Assembly (NCBI GenBank): GCA_035446965.1
Contig: DAOTGE010000007.1
Span: 1,270 to 65,269, forward strand
Origin: Eubacteriales bacterium
GTDB lineage: Bacteria; Bacillota; Clostridia; Christensenellales; CAG-138
Length of the DNA stretch: 64,000 nucleotides
Direction of reading: 5' to 3'
The translations under genes were made by a program, and so were the position numbers. The notes beneath the pieces are model-generated. The model had not been told where the DNA came from. It searched no databases and saw nothing but the letters and a program-made list of their open reading frames with translations. Below, piece by piece: positions 53,291 through 63,048 of this stretch. The stretch's first letter is position 1. Each line of letters opens with the position of its first letter.

Positions 53291-55339
53291 ATGAAAAGAC
53301 TATTATGTGTTTTACTTGCGGTGCTGATGGTGTTCGGCGCGACCGCCTGCGCTTCCCCGGAAGCGGAGTCCGCCGCCGCACAGGCAACGGCCGAACCGGC
53401 CGCCGAAGCGACCGCCGAACCGGTTTCCGAATCGGTCGTCGTGTTCACCGACCCGGTGCTGGAGGAAATGGTGCGTGCCGCGATGGAGAAGCCCGAAGGC
53501 GACATCACACTCGCCGAGGCGGCGGAAGTGACCGAGCTCGATTTGCAGATGGAATCTGTCGACTGGTCGGAACCGCGGATTTCCGATATTTCCGCGCTGC
53601 AGTACTTTACGGGGCTGACGTATCTCAACCTCGGCTGGGCGCTGCAAAACGACGGCCTCGGCGTCGACCTCAGCCCGCTTTCGGGGCTGGACAAGCTGGA
53701 CACTCTTTTCCTCTGCTGCGACGACATCCGGGACGTCACGCCGCTTTCATCGCTGACACAGCTCGGCAGTCTCTGGCTGTTCGGCTGCGACGGGGTCAGC
53801 GATCTTTCGGCAATCTCCGGCCTGACCAACCTTTGGGACATCTGGCTGCAGGATTGCTCCATTACGGACGTTTCCCCGCTTTCCGGCATGACGGAGCTCA
53901 CGCGGCTGTACCTCGGTAACAACATGATTACGGATATCTCCGCGCTTTCCGGCATGACGAAGCTGACCGAGCTGACCCTTGCGGGGAATCCCATCCTGGA
54001 CTATTCGCCGGTCGAGGGGATATTCGCCAATTTGACCGAGCCGGATTTCGACCTCGACCCGGACAACGACGTACTCGTGTTTGACGATTCCGTTCTGGAG
54101 GCAAGAGTGCGCGAAGCGCTCGGCCTGCCGGACGGCGAGATCACGTTTGCCGACGTGATGGACGTTACGGACCTTTCGATCGACAACGACTGGCAGGAAA
54201 ATTTCCCCGAAGGTTCTCAGATTTCGGACATCACGCCGCTGAAGTATTTCGTAAACATGAAATATCTTGGCATACAGTTCCACGCGATACGCGACATCAC
54301 GCCGCTTTGCGGGCTGACAAAGCTGGATTCACTCTGCCTTGGCGGCAATCCGGTGCAGAATGTCGACGCGCTGAAAAACCTGACGAACCTTGCGAACCTC
54401 ACGCTCTGGAACTGCGAGGCGCAGGATTATTCCGCGCTGGCGGGGCTGACGCAAATGCGTACGCTTAACATTGCGTATTCCACGTTCAGCGATCTGAGCC
54501 TGCTTTCCGGCATGACGGAACTGAGCGAGCTGGACGTCGTAAAATCGAACGTTATCGATCTTTCCCCGCTGGCCGGCATGACGCAGCTGAAAAAACTCTG
54601 GGTCGAAGGATGCCCGATTTACGACTATGCGCCGCTGAACGAAATCTATCCGAATCTGGTGGAAACGGACTACGACCCGACGTCCGTCGATATCGAGGCG
54701 CTTTCGCGCTATCCGGAAGACGAAGTGATCGTGTTCAGCGATCCGGTGCTCGAAGAAAAAGTGCGTAACCAGACGGGACTGCTGGACGGCGACATCACGT
54801 TTGCGGACGCAAAGAAGGTAACGGAACTGGAGCTTGGAATCGATTATCAGCAGGAATACCCGGCGGGCACGCAGATTACGAATATCGACGCGCTGAAGTA
54901 TTTTGTGAATCTCAAGAGCCTGGGGCTCGGCTTCCACGCGGTGACCGACATTTCACCGCTTGCGGGTCTGACGAATCTGGAAAGCCTCAGCCTCGGCGGA
55001 AACCCGGTGGAGGATATTTCCGCGCTGTCGAATCTGACCAAAATCGGGTTTTTAACGCTTTTCAGCTGCTGCGCGGAGGATTATTCTCCGCTGGCGAACC
55101 TGACCGAGCTTTGGACGCTCTACATCAGCTGGAGCACGCTGAGCGATCTTTCGGTGCTTTCGGGGCTGACCAATCTTGAAACGCTCGACGTTTCGCACAC
55201 GCTCGTAACGGACGTTTCGCCGCTGGCGAATCTGGTAAATCTCAAAAAGCTGATACTGGAAGGCGATGAAATCTCCGATTATTCCCCGCTGCAGGACATC
55301 TATCCGAATCTTAAGGAAAAGGACTTTGAAATGCCGTAA
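53291..55339 (+). CDS. leucine-rich repeat (internalin-like) lipoprotein
   Basis: Lipobox VFGATAC. Many 22-aa LRRs (LxxLxxLxLxxNxIxDISPLxG) are arranged in three similar modules. Confidence 0.8.
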   Translation: MKRLLCVLLAVLMVFGATACASPEAESAAAQATAEPAAEATAEPVSESVVVFTDPVLEEMVRAAMEKPEGDITLAEAAEVTELDLQMESVDWSEPRISDISALQYFTGLTYLNLGWALQNDGLGVDLSPLSGLDKLDTLFLCCDDIRDVTPLSSLTQLGSLWLFGCDGVSDLSAISGLTNLWDIWLQDCSITDVSPLSGMTELTRLYLGNNMITDISALSGMTKLTELTLAGNPILDYSPVEGIFANLTEPDFDLDPDNDVLVFDDSVLEARVREALGLPDGEITFADVMDVTDLSIDNDWQENFPEGSQISDITPLKYFVNMKYLGIQFHAIRDITPLCGLTKLDSLCLGGNPVQNVDALKNLTNLANLTLWNCEAQDYSALAGLTQMRTLNIAYSTFSDLSLLSGMTELSELDVVKSNVIDLSPLAGMTQLKKLWVEGCPIYDYAPLNEIYPNLVETDYDPTSVDIEALSRYPEDEVIVFSDPVLEEKVRNQTGLLDGDITFADAKKVTELELGIDYQQEYPAGTQITNIDALKYFVNLKSLGLGFHAVTDISPLAGLTNLESLSLGGNPVEDISALSNLTKIGFLTLFSCCAEDYSPLANLTELWTLYISWSTLSDLSVLSGLTNLETLDVSHTLVTDVSPLANLVNLKKLILEGDEISDYSPLQDIYPNLKEKDFEMP

Positions 55340-55366
55340 AAGCAAGGCGGCGCAGTCGGAAGGCAT

Positions 55367-55416
55367 GGGTTAAGGGGCGCAACCCTTAACAATCCCAAGG
55401 GCTTTTTAACAGACTC
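55367..55416 (+). repeat. repeat family A, 3' terminal stub A5
   Basis: gggttaaggggcgcaacccttaacaatcccaagggctttttaacagactc matches the last ~50 nt of A1 and A2. It abuts the terminator. Confidence 0.7.
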
Positions 55417-55417
55417 A

Positions 55418-55446
55418 AATCCCCCGCAGGTATGCGGGGGATTTGC
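55418..55446. terminator. bidirectional intrinsic terminator
   Basis: aaatcccccgca-ggta-tgcgggggattt between convergent genes. Confidence 0.8.
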
Positions 55447-55482
55447 TGTTTCATGCGTTGCGTGGGGTGCAATAGACCCGGC

Positions 55483-56652
55483 TTACCGGTACGACGCGCG
55501 GTAGATTTCGAGCACGTCCTTTTTGGTGAGCGTGCAGGGGTCGACCCGGAACAGCCCGCCCATGGTGTCGAACGCGTTGTCCACATAAGCCGGCAGTTCG
55601 TCGTAAACGATGCCGTAGTCGCTCATCTTTAGTTTGTCCACGCCGCAGGCGGCCTGCAGCTGCGTCAGCGCGGAAACGAAGTCCATTGCGGTTGCCGCGT
55701 CCGCTTTGCCGAGCGCTCTTGCCATGTCGGTCATGCGCGCGTCGCAGCAGCCTGCGTTTGCAAAGTGCGTGTAATAGGCTGCGCTGATCATAATCAGCGC
55801 CGCGCCGTGCGGGATTTCCGGGTTGAGTGCGCCCATCGCGTGCGCAAGCGAATGCTCGGAAATGCAGCCGGAGGTGGATTCGACAAGGCCGGAAAGCGTG
55901 TTTGCCAGCGCAATGTCCGTGCGCGCTTCCAAATCGTCCCCGTGCGCGACCGCGCGGGCGAGCGATTTGCCGACGAGGCCGATGGCGCGGAGGCTGAACG
56001 CGTCGCTGACGGGATAGGCCGTGGTGTTGAGGTAGCCTTCCGTGCTGTGGAACAGCGCGTCGAAGCCCTGGTAGGCGGTCAGTTTCGGCGGCACGGTCAG
56101 CATGAGCACTGGATCGACCACGGCGAGCACCGGGAACGTTTTTTCGTACCCGAAGCCGATCTTTTCGTTCGTTTCTTCCTTGGTGACGACCATCCAGGGG
56201 TCGGCTTCCGTTCCCGTGCCCGCGGTGGTCGTGACCGCGACCACGGGCAGCGGATCGTTCGGCACGCTTTGCCCCTTGCCGCTGCCGCCGGAGATATAGT
56301 CCCAGTAGTCGCCGGGGTTGGCCGCCATCACGGCGATGGCCTTGCCCGCGTCGATACTGCTGCCGCCGCCGAAGCCAACGATGAAGTCGCAGCCGTTTTC
56401 TTTTGCGATCCGCGCGCCTTCCATCACCTGCGTTTTGGCGGGGTTGGGGGTGATTTTGTCGTAAATCAGACTCTGCACGCCCGCAAGCGCAAGTTCGTCC
56501 TCCAGCATCTTGAGGCAGCCGTTTTTTCGCAGGCTTTTGCCGCCGGTCATGACGATCAGCGCTTTTTTACCGGGCAGGTTTTGTTTATGCAGTTCTTTGA
56601 GCGTTCCCGCGCCGAAGAGCAGGCGGGTCGGCATGTAATAATCGAAATTCAT
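55483..56652 (-). CDS. iron-containing alcohol dehydrogenase (group III)
   Basis: 389 aa. GGGSSIDAGKA and the His-rich metal-site motifs (HSTEGY..., EHSLAHAMG). Confidence 0.88.
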   Translation of the reverse strand: MNFDYYMPTRLLFGAGTLKELHKQNLPGKKALIVMTGGKSLRKNGCLKMLEDELALAGVQSLIYDKITPNPAKTQVMEGARIAKENGCDFIVGFGGGSSIDAGKAIAVMAANPGDYWDYISGGSGKGQSVPNDPLPVVAVTTTAGTGTEADPWMVVTKEETNEKIGFGYEKTFPVLAVVDPVLMLTVPPKLTAYQGFDALFHSTEGYLNTTAYPVSDAFSLRAIGLVGKSLARAVAHGDDLEARTDIALANTLSGLVESTSGCISEHSLAHAMGALNPEIPHGAALIMISAAYYTHFANAGCCDARMTDMARALGKADAATAMDFVSALTQLQAACGVDKLKMSDYGIVYDELPAYVDNAFDTMGGLFRVDPCTLTKKDVLEIYRASYR

Positions 56653-56710
56653 GGGGTGGCCTCCTTGCGTTCAGCATTTTTTGAGTTGCTATCGTATTGC
56701 ATGTGCTGCG

Positions 56711-58204
56711 TTATCTGTCCCAAAGCCAGCCGAACAGCACATACCGCACGATCTTTTGCTTTGTGGTGTAATAGACCTCCACGGAGCACGCCGACGACGC
56801 GAAGCCGTCGTTCGAGCGGCAGGTGATCACCGCGCTGCCGATGCCCTCGGCGGTCACGAGCCCCGTTTGGCTCACGCTCGCCACGCTCTCGTCGGAGGAC
56901 GACCAGGTTACGCTTCCGTCTTCCGCATCTGCCGGGAGCACCTCCGCCGTCAGCTGCACGGCGGACGCATATGGCAGGCTTAGCGAGTCGCGGTCGATTT
57001 TGCAGGAAGAGACGGCGACGAGTTTCGGGATCGTCTCCTCGGCCAGCAGTGCGCCGCATTCCTCGCAGTACTGCCGCTTCACGCCTTCGCTTTCGTAGGT
57101 TGGTTCCACTTCGGTGATCCATTCGCCGGGAGTGTGCGCGGGCGCGGTGTAATCGTCCGTATAGCTGTAGCCGCTGTTCGGGTTTATGTAGGTCGTGTAG
57201 CCGAACGCCGTGTCGCGCGGCGCTGTGACTACGGCCTCGTAGACGGGGTTTTCGTCCATGTCCGGCAGGATCGGGCGGCTGTAATCCGTCGATTCATTGC
57301 TGATAAAGCGGATGGTTTCGTTACCGGAGACGATTGCGGACTTATTTTGCTTTTCGCCGATGTACGCCTTGCAGTACGCGCGCCGGTCGTCGGTTTCTTC
57401 GTAAAACGAGATGCTCGCGTCGAGCGTGCAGTTTTTTACATACCCGCTGTGTTCGCGGTTTTTGGGGTTGATGTCGTCCAGCCCGACGAGCCCGCCGTTA
57501 TGCGCGTAGCCGTGCACGGAGGCGTATCCGGCCAGCACGACGCTGCAGCCGTCGATATCCGCATATCCGTTTGCGAGCACGCCGCCGAGGTATTGTTCGC
57601 ATTTGAAGTCACTGGGCGTGGCGACGACGGTCAGCTCAACGTTGAGGTCGCAGTTTTGAATCAGCCCGTTGCCGAATCCCGCGATTCCGCCGACGCCGCA
57701 CTGGCGGCTTTCCGCCTGCACGAAAATCCGTCCGCTGACGGTGCAGCCTGAAATTTCGCTGTATTCCATGTGGCCGGCAATACTTGCGGCAAAGCAGGGC
57801 TGGTCGGTCGTAACGTTTACTTTTACGTTCAGGAGGGTCAGGTTCTCAATCAGCGCGTTTTCCACATAGGAAAACAGGGAGGCATAAACTGTGTGATAGC
57901 CGCGGTGACAACCGTCGTAGGTGATGGAGGTGTCCTCGCTCACGCGCGTAATCGAAAGGTTGTAGAGCACGTGCCCGCCGCCGTCGAACGTGCCGGAAAA
58001 CGGGATCGGCAGCCAGTCCACGCCGGACATGTCGATATCCGCCGCGAGCAAATAATGCCCGGCGGGGTCGTCCGCAATGGCGAGCATGCCCGCCGCGTCC
58101 GTGATTTCGATCGGTGCGGTTTCTCCTTCGGCGAGCGCGTATGCCGGAAAAAGCGCGGCGAACAGCAACAGGCTCAGCGCCAGCGCGAAAATTCGTTTCT
58201 TCAT
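56711..58204 (-). CDS. secreted protein with GLUG-motif repeats and a C-terminal Big_2 (bacterial Ig-like) domain
   Basis: Signal peptide MKKRIFALALSLLLFAALFPAYA. GLUG-like GGIAGFG, GGVLANG and GGLVGLD. C-terminal Big_2 pattern VQLTAEVLPADAEDGSVTWSSSDESVASVSQTGLVTAEGIGSAVIT. Confidence 0.65.
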   Translation of the reverse strand: MKKRIFALALSLLLFAALFPAYALAEGETAPIEITDAAGMLAIADDPAGHYLLAADIDMSGVDWLPIPFSGTFDGGGHVLYNLSITRVSEDTSITYDGCHRGYHTVYASLFSYVENALIENLTLLNVKVNVTTDQPCFAASIAGHMEYSEISGCTVSGRIFVQAESRQCGVGGIAGFGNGLIQNCDLNVELTVVATPSDFKCEQYLGGVLANGYADIDGCSVVLAGYASVHGYAHNGGLVGLDDINPKNREHSGYVKNCTLDASISFYEETDDRRAYCKAYIGEKQNKSAIVSGNETIRFISNESTDYSRPILPDMDENPVYEAVVTAPRDTAFGYTTYINPNSGYSYTDDYTAPAHTPGEWITEVEPTYESEGVKRQYCEECGALLAEETIPKLVAVSSCKIDRDSLSLPYASAVQLTAEVLPADAEDGSVTWSSSDESVASVSQTGLVTAEGIGSAVITCRSNDGFASSACSVEVYYTTKQKIVRYVLFGWLWDR

Positions 58205-58312
58205 GAGCGGTACCCTCTTTTGCATTCGATCGGTTGCGGTATCAGTTCATTGTAGTCTTGCGCACGCCGCCGCGTCAACTTCGACGGGGGTATCTTCCGC
58301 ACCGGCCTGTAT

Positions 58313-58341
58313 AAAAAAGCCGGGCGGCTGCGCCCGGCTGA
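58313..58341 (-). terminator. intrinsic terminator of the PadR/4Fe-4S operon
   Basis: Minus strand reads agccgggc-gcagcc-gcccggct followed by TTTTTTAT. Confidence 0.75.
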
Positions 58342-58344
58342 CTG

Positions 58345-58412
58345 CTGAAAAAGTCTTTTTTTTTGCAGGGGATTCTCCCCTGCACCCACCCAAGAGGGGA
58401 TCCCGACCCCGC
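58345..58412 (-). repeat. repeat family C, copy C2 (inverted)
   Basis: The reverse complement cccctcttgggtgggtgcaggggagaatcccctgcaaaaaaaaagacttttt aligns with C1. Confidence 0.7.
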
Positions 58413-58490
58413 AAAAAAAACCGGTTCTTAGGGTCGTTCGGATTCTGAACGGTGGTTTGGAGGCGGAGCCTCCGACGTATCCTTCATCAT
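58413..58490 (+). repeat. repeat family B, copy B3
   Basis: ccggttcttagggtcgttcggattctgaacggtggtttggaggcggagcctccgacgtatcctt. Confidence 0.7.
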
Positions 58491-58497
58491 CGCAGAT

Positions 58498-59220
58498 TCA
58501 CTTCTTTTTCCGGTAGGAAAGCACGCCTTTCGGGCAGGCGTCGACGCACTCGCCGCAGAGGATGCAGTCGTAGGCGCGCACGCCGCCGCGCTTAGCCTGC
58601 GCGCAAACGTCGATGCTCATGGGGCATTTTTGATTGCAGCGTCTGCACTCGATGCAGCTTTCCGCGTCCGCGTGGATTTGCATCTGCGGCAGACGGAGTT
58701 TGCGTCCCAGCCACATGCCCGCGGTCAGAAACGGGGACATCCAGCAGACCGCGTGGCACGCGCCGCGCCTGCCGATTGCAATGGACAGCACGAAGAACAG
58801 CCCCACGACAAAATAGTACACGATGTATTTTGCGGGTTCGTCCACAGAAATGCCGGTTTCGGTCAACCGCAGCGGGTCGATTCCTTTTATGCCGCCCGCC
58901 AGCACGAATCCGGCGACCAGCACCGCAAACCACACGCCGAAGATGGAATACCGCACGATGCGCAGTTTCTTTATGCTGACCGGCCTGGAATTGACGAGCA
59001 TGCAAAGCTCGCTCAGGCCGGAGGCGGGGCAGACCCAGCCGCACCATGCGCGCCCGAAAAACAGGCCGGAGAGGAACAGCAGGAGAAACATCAGCACGCT
59101 GCCGGAAAGCACGCCCGCCATTGCGCCGTCGATGGAAACATACGGCGAGAGAAAGTTCATTGTGACGGGGAAGAGGAACAGCGAGATAAAGATAATGGAT
59201 TTACGGATTTTCTGACGCAT
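58498..59220 (-). CDS. membrane-bound 4Fe-4S ferredoxin-type protein (NapH/MauN-like)
   Basis: Several TM helices, WCGWVCP and ACHAVCWMSP motifs, and two C-terminal CxxCxxCxxxCP clusters (CIECRRCNQKCP, CILCGECVDACP). Confidence 0.8.
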   Translation of the reverse strand: MRQKIRKSIIFISLFLFPVTMNFLSPYVSIDGAMAGVLSGSVLMFLLLFLSGLFFGRAWCGWVCPASGLSELCMLVNSRPVSIKKLRIVRYSIFGVWFAVLVAGFVLAGGIKGIDPLRLTETGISVDEPAKYIVYYFVVGLFFVLSIAIGRRGACHAVCWMSPFLTAGMWLGRKLRLPQMQIHADAESCIECRRCNQKCPMSIDVCAQAKRGGVRAYDCILCGECVDACPKGVLSYRKKK

Positions 59221-59761
59221 CGGCCTGTTTCCTTTCTAAATATGCAATCGTTTCCCGGCTCCAGTCGAGATACGCGCGGTTGAGTTTCTGCCCGCAGTCG
59301 ATCACGCGGAGGACGTCCCGGTGGTTTTCGTCCCGGTCGATGATGCCCTCCAGTTCCTGCTGAAATCGGCTTAGTATTTCGAGCTGCTGCATGTGCGCGG
59401 CCTCGAAGCGCCGCAGATGCGAGAGCATGACGGCGGGCTCGGTGTAATTGGAGAAATACATCTTAAGCAGGATTTCCAGCCGGTAGCTCTCCTTCCCGAC
59501 GGGCAGGGAAAGCCAGTTTTTCAGCGCAGCGCTCCCCTGCGGCGTAATGCGGTAGGTTTTGCGGGTCCGCCCGTCCTGCACCGCGGGTTCCGCTTCCTCG
59601 ATCAGCCCGTTTGCGGCGAGCGACTTGAGCGCGGGAAAAATCTGCCCGAAACTTTCGCTCCAGAAGAAGCGGAAGCGAATGTCCACGATCCGCTTGATCT
59701 GGTATCCGCTCAGCGGTGCTTCGCTTAGCAGGCCGAGGATGACATAGTCCGTCTGCCGCAT
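59201..59761 (-). CDS. PadR family transcriptional regulator
   Basis: Start at MRQTDYVILGLLSEAPLSGYQI after GGAGGA. Winged helix plus a C-terminal dimerisation domain. It overlaps the downstream gene by 20 nt. Confidence 0.85.
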   Translation of the reverse strand: MRQTDYVILGLLSEAPLSGYQIKRIVDIRFRFFWSESFGQIFPALKSLAANGLIEEAEPAVQDGRTRKTYRITPQGSAALKNWLSLPVGKESYRLEILLKMYFSNYTEPAVMLSHLRRFEAAHMQQLEILSRFQQELEGIIDRDENHRDVLRVIDCGQKLNRAYLDWSRETIAYLERKQADASENP

Positions 59762-59773
59762 GCATTTCCTCCA

Positions 59774-59794
59774 AATATATCTAATAGATATATT
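59774..59794. promoter_or_regulatory. 21-bp perfect palindrome, candidate PadR operator
   Basis: aatatatcta-a-tagatatatt, 13 nt upstream of the padR start. Confidence 0.5.
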
Positions 59795-59955
59795 ATAACG
59801 CGATGCGGACGGATTGCAACCCGAAAAGGAAATTCTTCCGGATGGATTTTCCAATACGGTTCAAGACCGATTCGCGTTCCTCGCCGGCGGTTTTGTGCTA
59901 GAATGAACAGCAGAAGTATTTTGCCGCGCTGCGGCATCGATCAGGAGGCGGAATT

Positions 59956-60378
59956 ATGACGGCAAAGGAATTTCAAAACGGCGATATGCTCGTCGTGCGG
60001 CTCGAACGCGGCGAGGACGTCGTGCAGGGCGTTCTTGCGGCGGCAAAGGAGCATCATATTCAGGCGGGCGTGGTCAGCGGCATCGGCGCGGTCGCCGGCG
60101 CGACGCTCGGCTTTTTTGAACTCGCGACAAAGCAGTATCACGAAAACAAATACGACGAGCCGATGGAGGTTGCGCATCTTTCGGGCAATCTTTCGATCAA
60201 GGACGGGGAGCCGTATGCGCATCTGCACGCCACGCTCGGCCGGAAAAACGGCGAAGCGCTCGCCGGGCATCTCGTCGCGGCGCCCGTTGGCGTAACGGCG
60301 GAAATCTTCATTCAGACGCTCCGCGGGACGCTGGGACGGCGTACGTCCGACATTGGCATCAACCTGCTTGAATTCTAG
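59956..60378 (+). CDS. PPC (DUF296) domain-containing protein
   Basis: 140 aa. The VVRLERGEDV...GIGAV...HLHATLG pattern matches PCC/DUF296. AGGAGG RBS. Confidence 0.7.
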   Translation: MTAKEFQNGDMLVVRLERGEDVVQGVLAAAKEHHIQAGVVSGIGAVAGATLGFFELATKQYHENKYDEPMEVAHLSGNLSIKDGEPYAHLHATLGRKNGEALAGHLVAAPVGVTAEIFIQTLRGTLGRRTSDIGINLLEF

Positions 60379-60525
60379 TGTCCGGCCCGCCGGATCAAGC
60401 GGGCGGTGAATGCGATTCCGACCAGTCTCAACAAACAAGCATCCCCGGCGGCTAGTTAGCCGCAGGGGATGCTTTATCGTTTATGTGGTTTGCCGTTTTT
60501 AGCCGACGGCGGCGACGCAAAACCG

Positions 60526-60972
60526 CTATTCCGGTTTGCGCGTTTCGAGCCGGTAGACGACCTCGCCGTATTCGATCCGCCCGTCCGGCACGAAACCGAG
60601 ACTTTCGTAAAGCGCTTTGGCCGCATCATTTTCCGGCTCGAAACTGATGTAGATTATGCGGTGGTCCTCGTCCGCGCGGATGCGGTCGATCAAAAGCCGC
60701 ATCGCTTCGCGCCCGTATCCGCGGCGCTGGAACTTTTTGTCGATCATGAGCCGGTAAATCCAGTATTCATGGTCGTTTTCGTCCAGCGCGTACATTGCAA
60801 ACCCGACGGGCTTGTTTTCGGCGTACAGCGCGAGCGGGACGCACTCCGGCTGAACATAGGCCTGCGCGAGCGAGTACATGTTGCTTGCGACAAAGCGCTT
60901 TTGCTCGTCGGAAACGCTCAGTTCGATCACCGGGAGGTAGTTATGCCGGTCGATGTCAACAAAACGCACCAT
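60526..60972 (-). CDS. GNAT family N-acetyltransferase
   Basis: 148 aa. QRRGYGREAM...AKALYESLGF. Confidence 0.8.
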   Translation of the reverse strand: MVRFVDIDRHNYLPVIELSVSDEQKRFVASNMYSLAQAYVQPECVPLALYAENKPVGFAMYALDENDHEYWIYRLMIDKKFQRRGYGREAMRLLIDRIRADEDHRIIYISFEPENDAAKALYESLGFVPDGRIEYGEVVYRLETRKPE

Positions 60973-61018
60973 GGGAAAGCCTCCTTTTTATGGGCGGGTG
61001 CATTGGATGAAAGTACGC

Positions 61019-62836
61019 CTACTGCTGCTTGCGGTTGGACGCTTTGACGCGCTGGTCCTTGGTGAGCAGTTTTTTGCGCATGCGGATGCTCTTTGGCGTG
61101 ATTTCGACGAGCTCGTCTTCCGCGATAAACTCGAGGCACTGTTCCAGCGTGAGCTGTACGGGCGGCGTGAGACGGAGCGCCTCGTCCGAACCGGAAGCGC
61201 GCATGTTGGTGACGTGCTTCTTTTTGCAGACGTTGACGACGATGTCCTCGGCGCGCGCGTTTTCACCGACGATTTGCCCTTCGTAAACGGGTACGCCCGC
61301 GCCGATAAAAAGCTTGCCGCGCTCCTGCGTGTTGAACAGGCCGTAGCTGGAGGTTTCGCCCGTTTCGTGTGCGACCAGCGAACCGGTCGCGCGCTCTTCG
61401 ATGGGTCCTTTATACGGTTCGTAATCGTGGAAAATATGGCTCATCACGCCGTTGCCGCGCGTGTCGGTCAAAAGCTCCGAGCGGTAACCCATCAGCCCGC
61501 GCGCCGGGATGAGGAACTGCAGCCGGACGCTGTTGTCGCCCTGATTGGCCATGTTCGTCAGTTCCGCTTTGCGGCGGCCGAGCTTGTCCATCACCGCGCC
61601 GACGTATTCGGTGGGCACGTCGATGGTCAGTTCTTCGACCGGCTCGGTGGTCTCGCCGGACGCATTGGTATGCAGGATGACGCGCGGGCGGGAGACGGCG
61701 AATTCGTATCCCTGGCGGCGCATGGTCTCGATCAGGATCGAGAGATGCAGTTCGCCGCGGCCGCTGACGCGGAAGGTGTCGGTCGAGCCGGTTTCCTCAA
61801 CGCGCATGGAGATGTTGGTCTTGACTTCGTTGAACAGGCGGTCGCGCAGGTTGCGTCCCGTGACGTATTTGCCCTCGCGCCCGGCGAACGGACTGTCGTT
61901 GAGCATGAACATCATACTCACGGTCGGCTCGTCGATGCGAACGAACGGCAGCGCTTCCACACGGGACGGATCGCAGACGGTTTCGCCAACGTTCAGGCCT
62001 TCCACGCCCGCGACGCAGACGATGTCCCCGCAGGGCGCTTCGTCCACCTCCACGCGCTTGAGCCCTTCAAAGCGGTACAGGCGCGTGATCTTTGCGTCCA
62101 GGCGGCGGTCGTTTTCGCCGCCGCAGATGACGATCGGCATGCCTTTCTTGGCGGTGCCGCGCTCGATGCGGCCAACGCCGATGCGGCCGACGTACTCGTC
62201 GTAGTCGATGGTGGAAAACAGGATCTGCAGCGGTTCGTCCGGCTGAAAGTCAGGTGCGGGGATCGACGAAAGGATCGTGTCGAACAGCGGGCGCATCCCG
62301 TCGGTCATTTCGTCCGGTTCCATGCCGGATTTGTTGTCGCGCGCGGACGCATACACGACGGGGAAGTCCAGCTGCTCCGCCGATGCGCCGAGCTCGATGA
62401 AGAGTTCGAGTGTTTCATCCACGACTTCCAGCGGGCGCGCGTTCGGACGGTCGACCTTGTTGACGACCACGATCGGGACTTTGTTGAGTTCGAGCGCCTT
62501 GCGCAGCACGAAACGCGTCTGCGGCATACAGCCTTCAAACGCGTCGACCAGCAGCAGCACGCCGTCCACCATCTGCAGGATGCGTTCGACTTCGCCGCCG
62601 AAGTCCGCGTGGCCCGGCGTGTCGACGATGTTGATGCGCGTGCCGCCGTAGACGACCGCGGTGTTTTTTGAAAGGATCGTGATGCCGCGCTCCCGTTCGA
62701 GCTCGTTGGAATCCATAATGCGCTCGACGTCCTGTTCGCCTCTGCGCAGCACGCCCGCGTCGCGCAGCATTTGATCGACCAGCGTTGTCTTGCCGTGGTC
62801 GACATGCGCGATGATGGCGACGTTTCTAATGTTCAT
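61019..62836 (-). CDS. typA: translational GTPase TypA/BipA
   Basis: 605 aa. G motifs AHVDHGKTT, DTPGH and NKVD, with EF-G-like domains II, III and V and the BipA C-terminal domain. Confidence 0.95.
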   Translation of the reverse strand: MNIRNVAIIAHVDHGKTTLVDQMLRDAGVLRRGEQDVERIMDSNELERERGITILSKNTAVVYGGTRINIVDTPGHADFGGEVERILQMVDGVLLLVDAFEGCMPQTRFVLRKALELNKVPIVVVNKVDRPNARPLEVVDETLELFIELGASAEQLDFPVVYASARDNKSGMEPDEMTDGMRPLFDTILSSIPAPDFQPDEPLQILFSTIDYDEYVGRIGVGRIERGTAKKGMPIVICGGENDRRLDAKITRLYRFEGLKRVEVDEAPCGDIVCVAGVEGLNVGETVCDPSRVEALPFVRIDEPTVSMMFMLNDSPFAGREGKYVTGRNLRDRLFNEVKTNISMRVEETGSTDTFRVSGRGELHLSILIETMRRQGYEFAVSRPRVILHTNASGETTEPVEELTIDVPTEYVGAVMDKLGRRKAELTNMANQGDNSVRLQFLIPARGLMGYRSELLTDTRGNGVMSHIFHDYEPYKGPIEERATGSLVAHETGETSSYGLFNTQERGKLFIGAGVPVYEGQIVGENARAEDIVVNVCKKKHVTNMRASGSDEALRLTPPVQLTLEQCLEFIAEDELVEITPKSIRMRKKLLTKDQRVKASNRKQQ

Positions 62837-62965
62837 GCTTTCTTTTCCCTCTTTCTTCTATACAAAAACAAGTCATTATACAACCGTTTCCGGCGAAACA
62901 CAAGGATTTCCGGCGGCGGGCCGCGGCGGTAAACGCGCATTTTTAAAAAAAGCACGGAGCGGGTA

Positions 62966-62994
62966 TTGACAAAATGAAGGCATGTGTGTATAAC
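62966..62994 (+). promoter_or_regulatory. sigma-A type promoter of the GntR/ABC operon
   Basis: TTGACA, 17 nt, TATAAC. Confidence 0.65.
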
Positions 62995-63023
62995 TGTATT
63001 AAGCAAGTAGAACATTAATACAG
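62994..63023. promoter_or_regulatory. inverted repeat, candidate YtrA-type operator
   Basis: ctgtattaa-N12-ttaatacag: perfect 9-bp arms starting at the last base of the -10 hexamer. Confidence 0.5.
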
Positions 63024-63048
63024 CAACACACGAAAGGAGGAGAACCGA

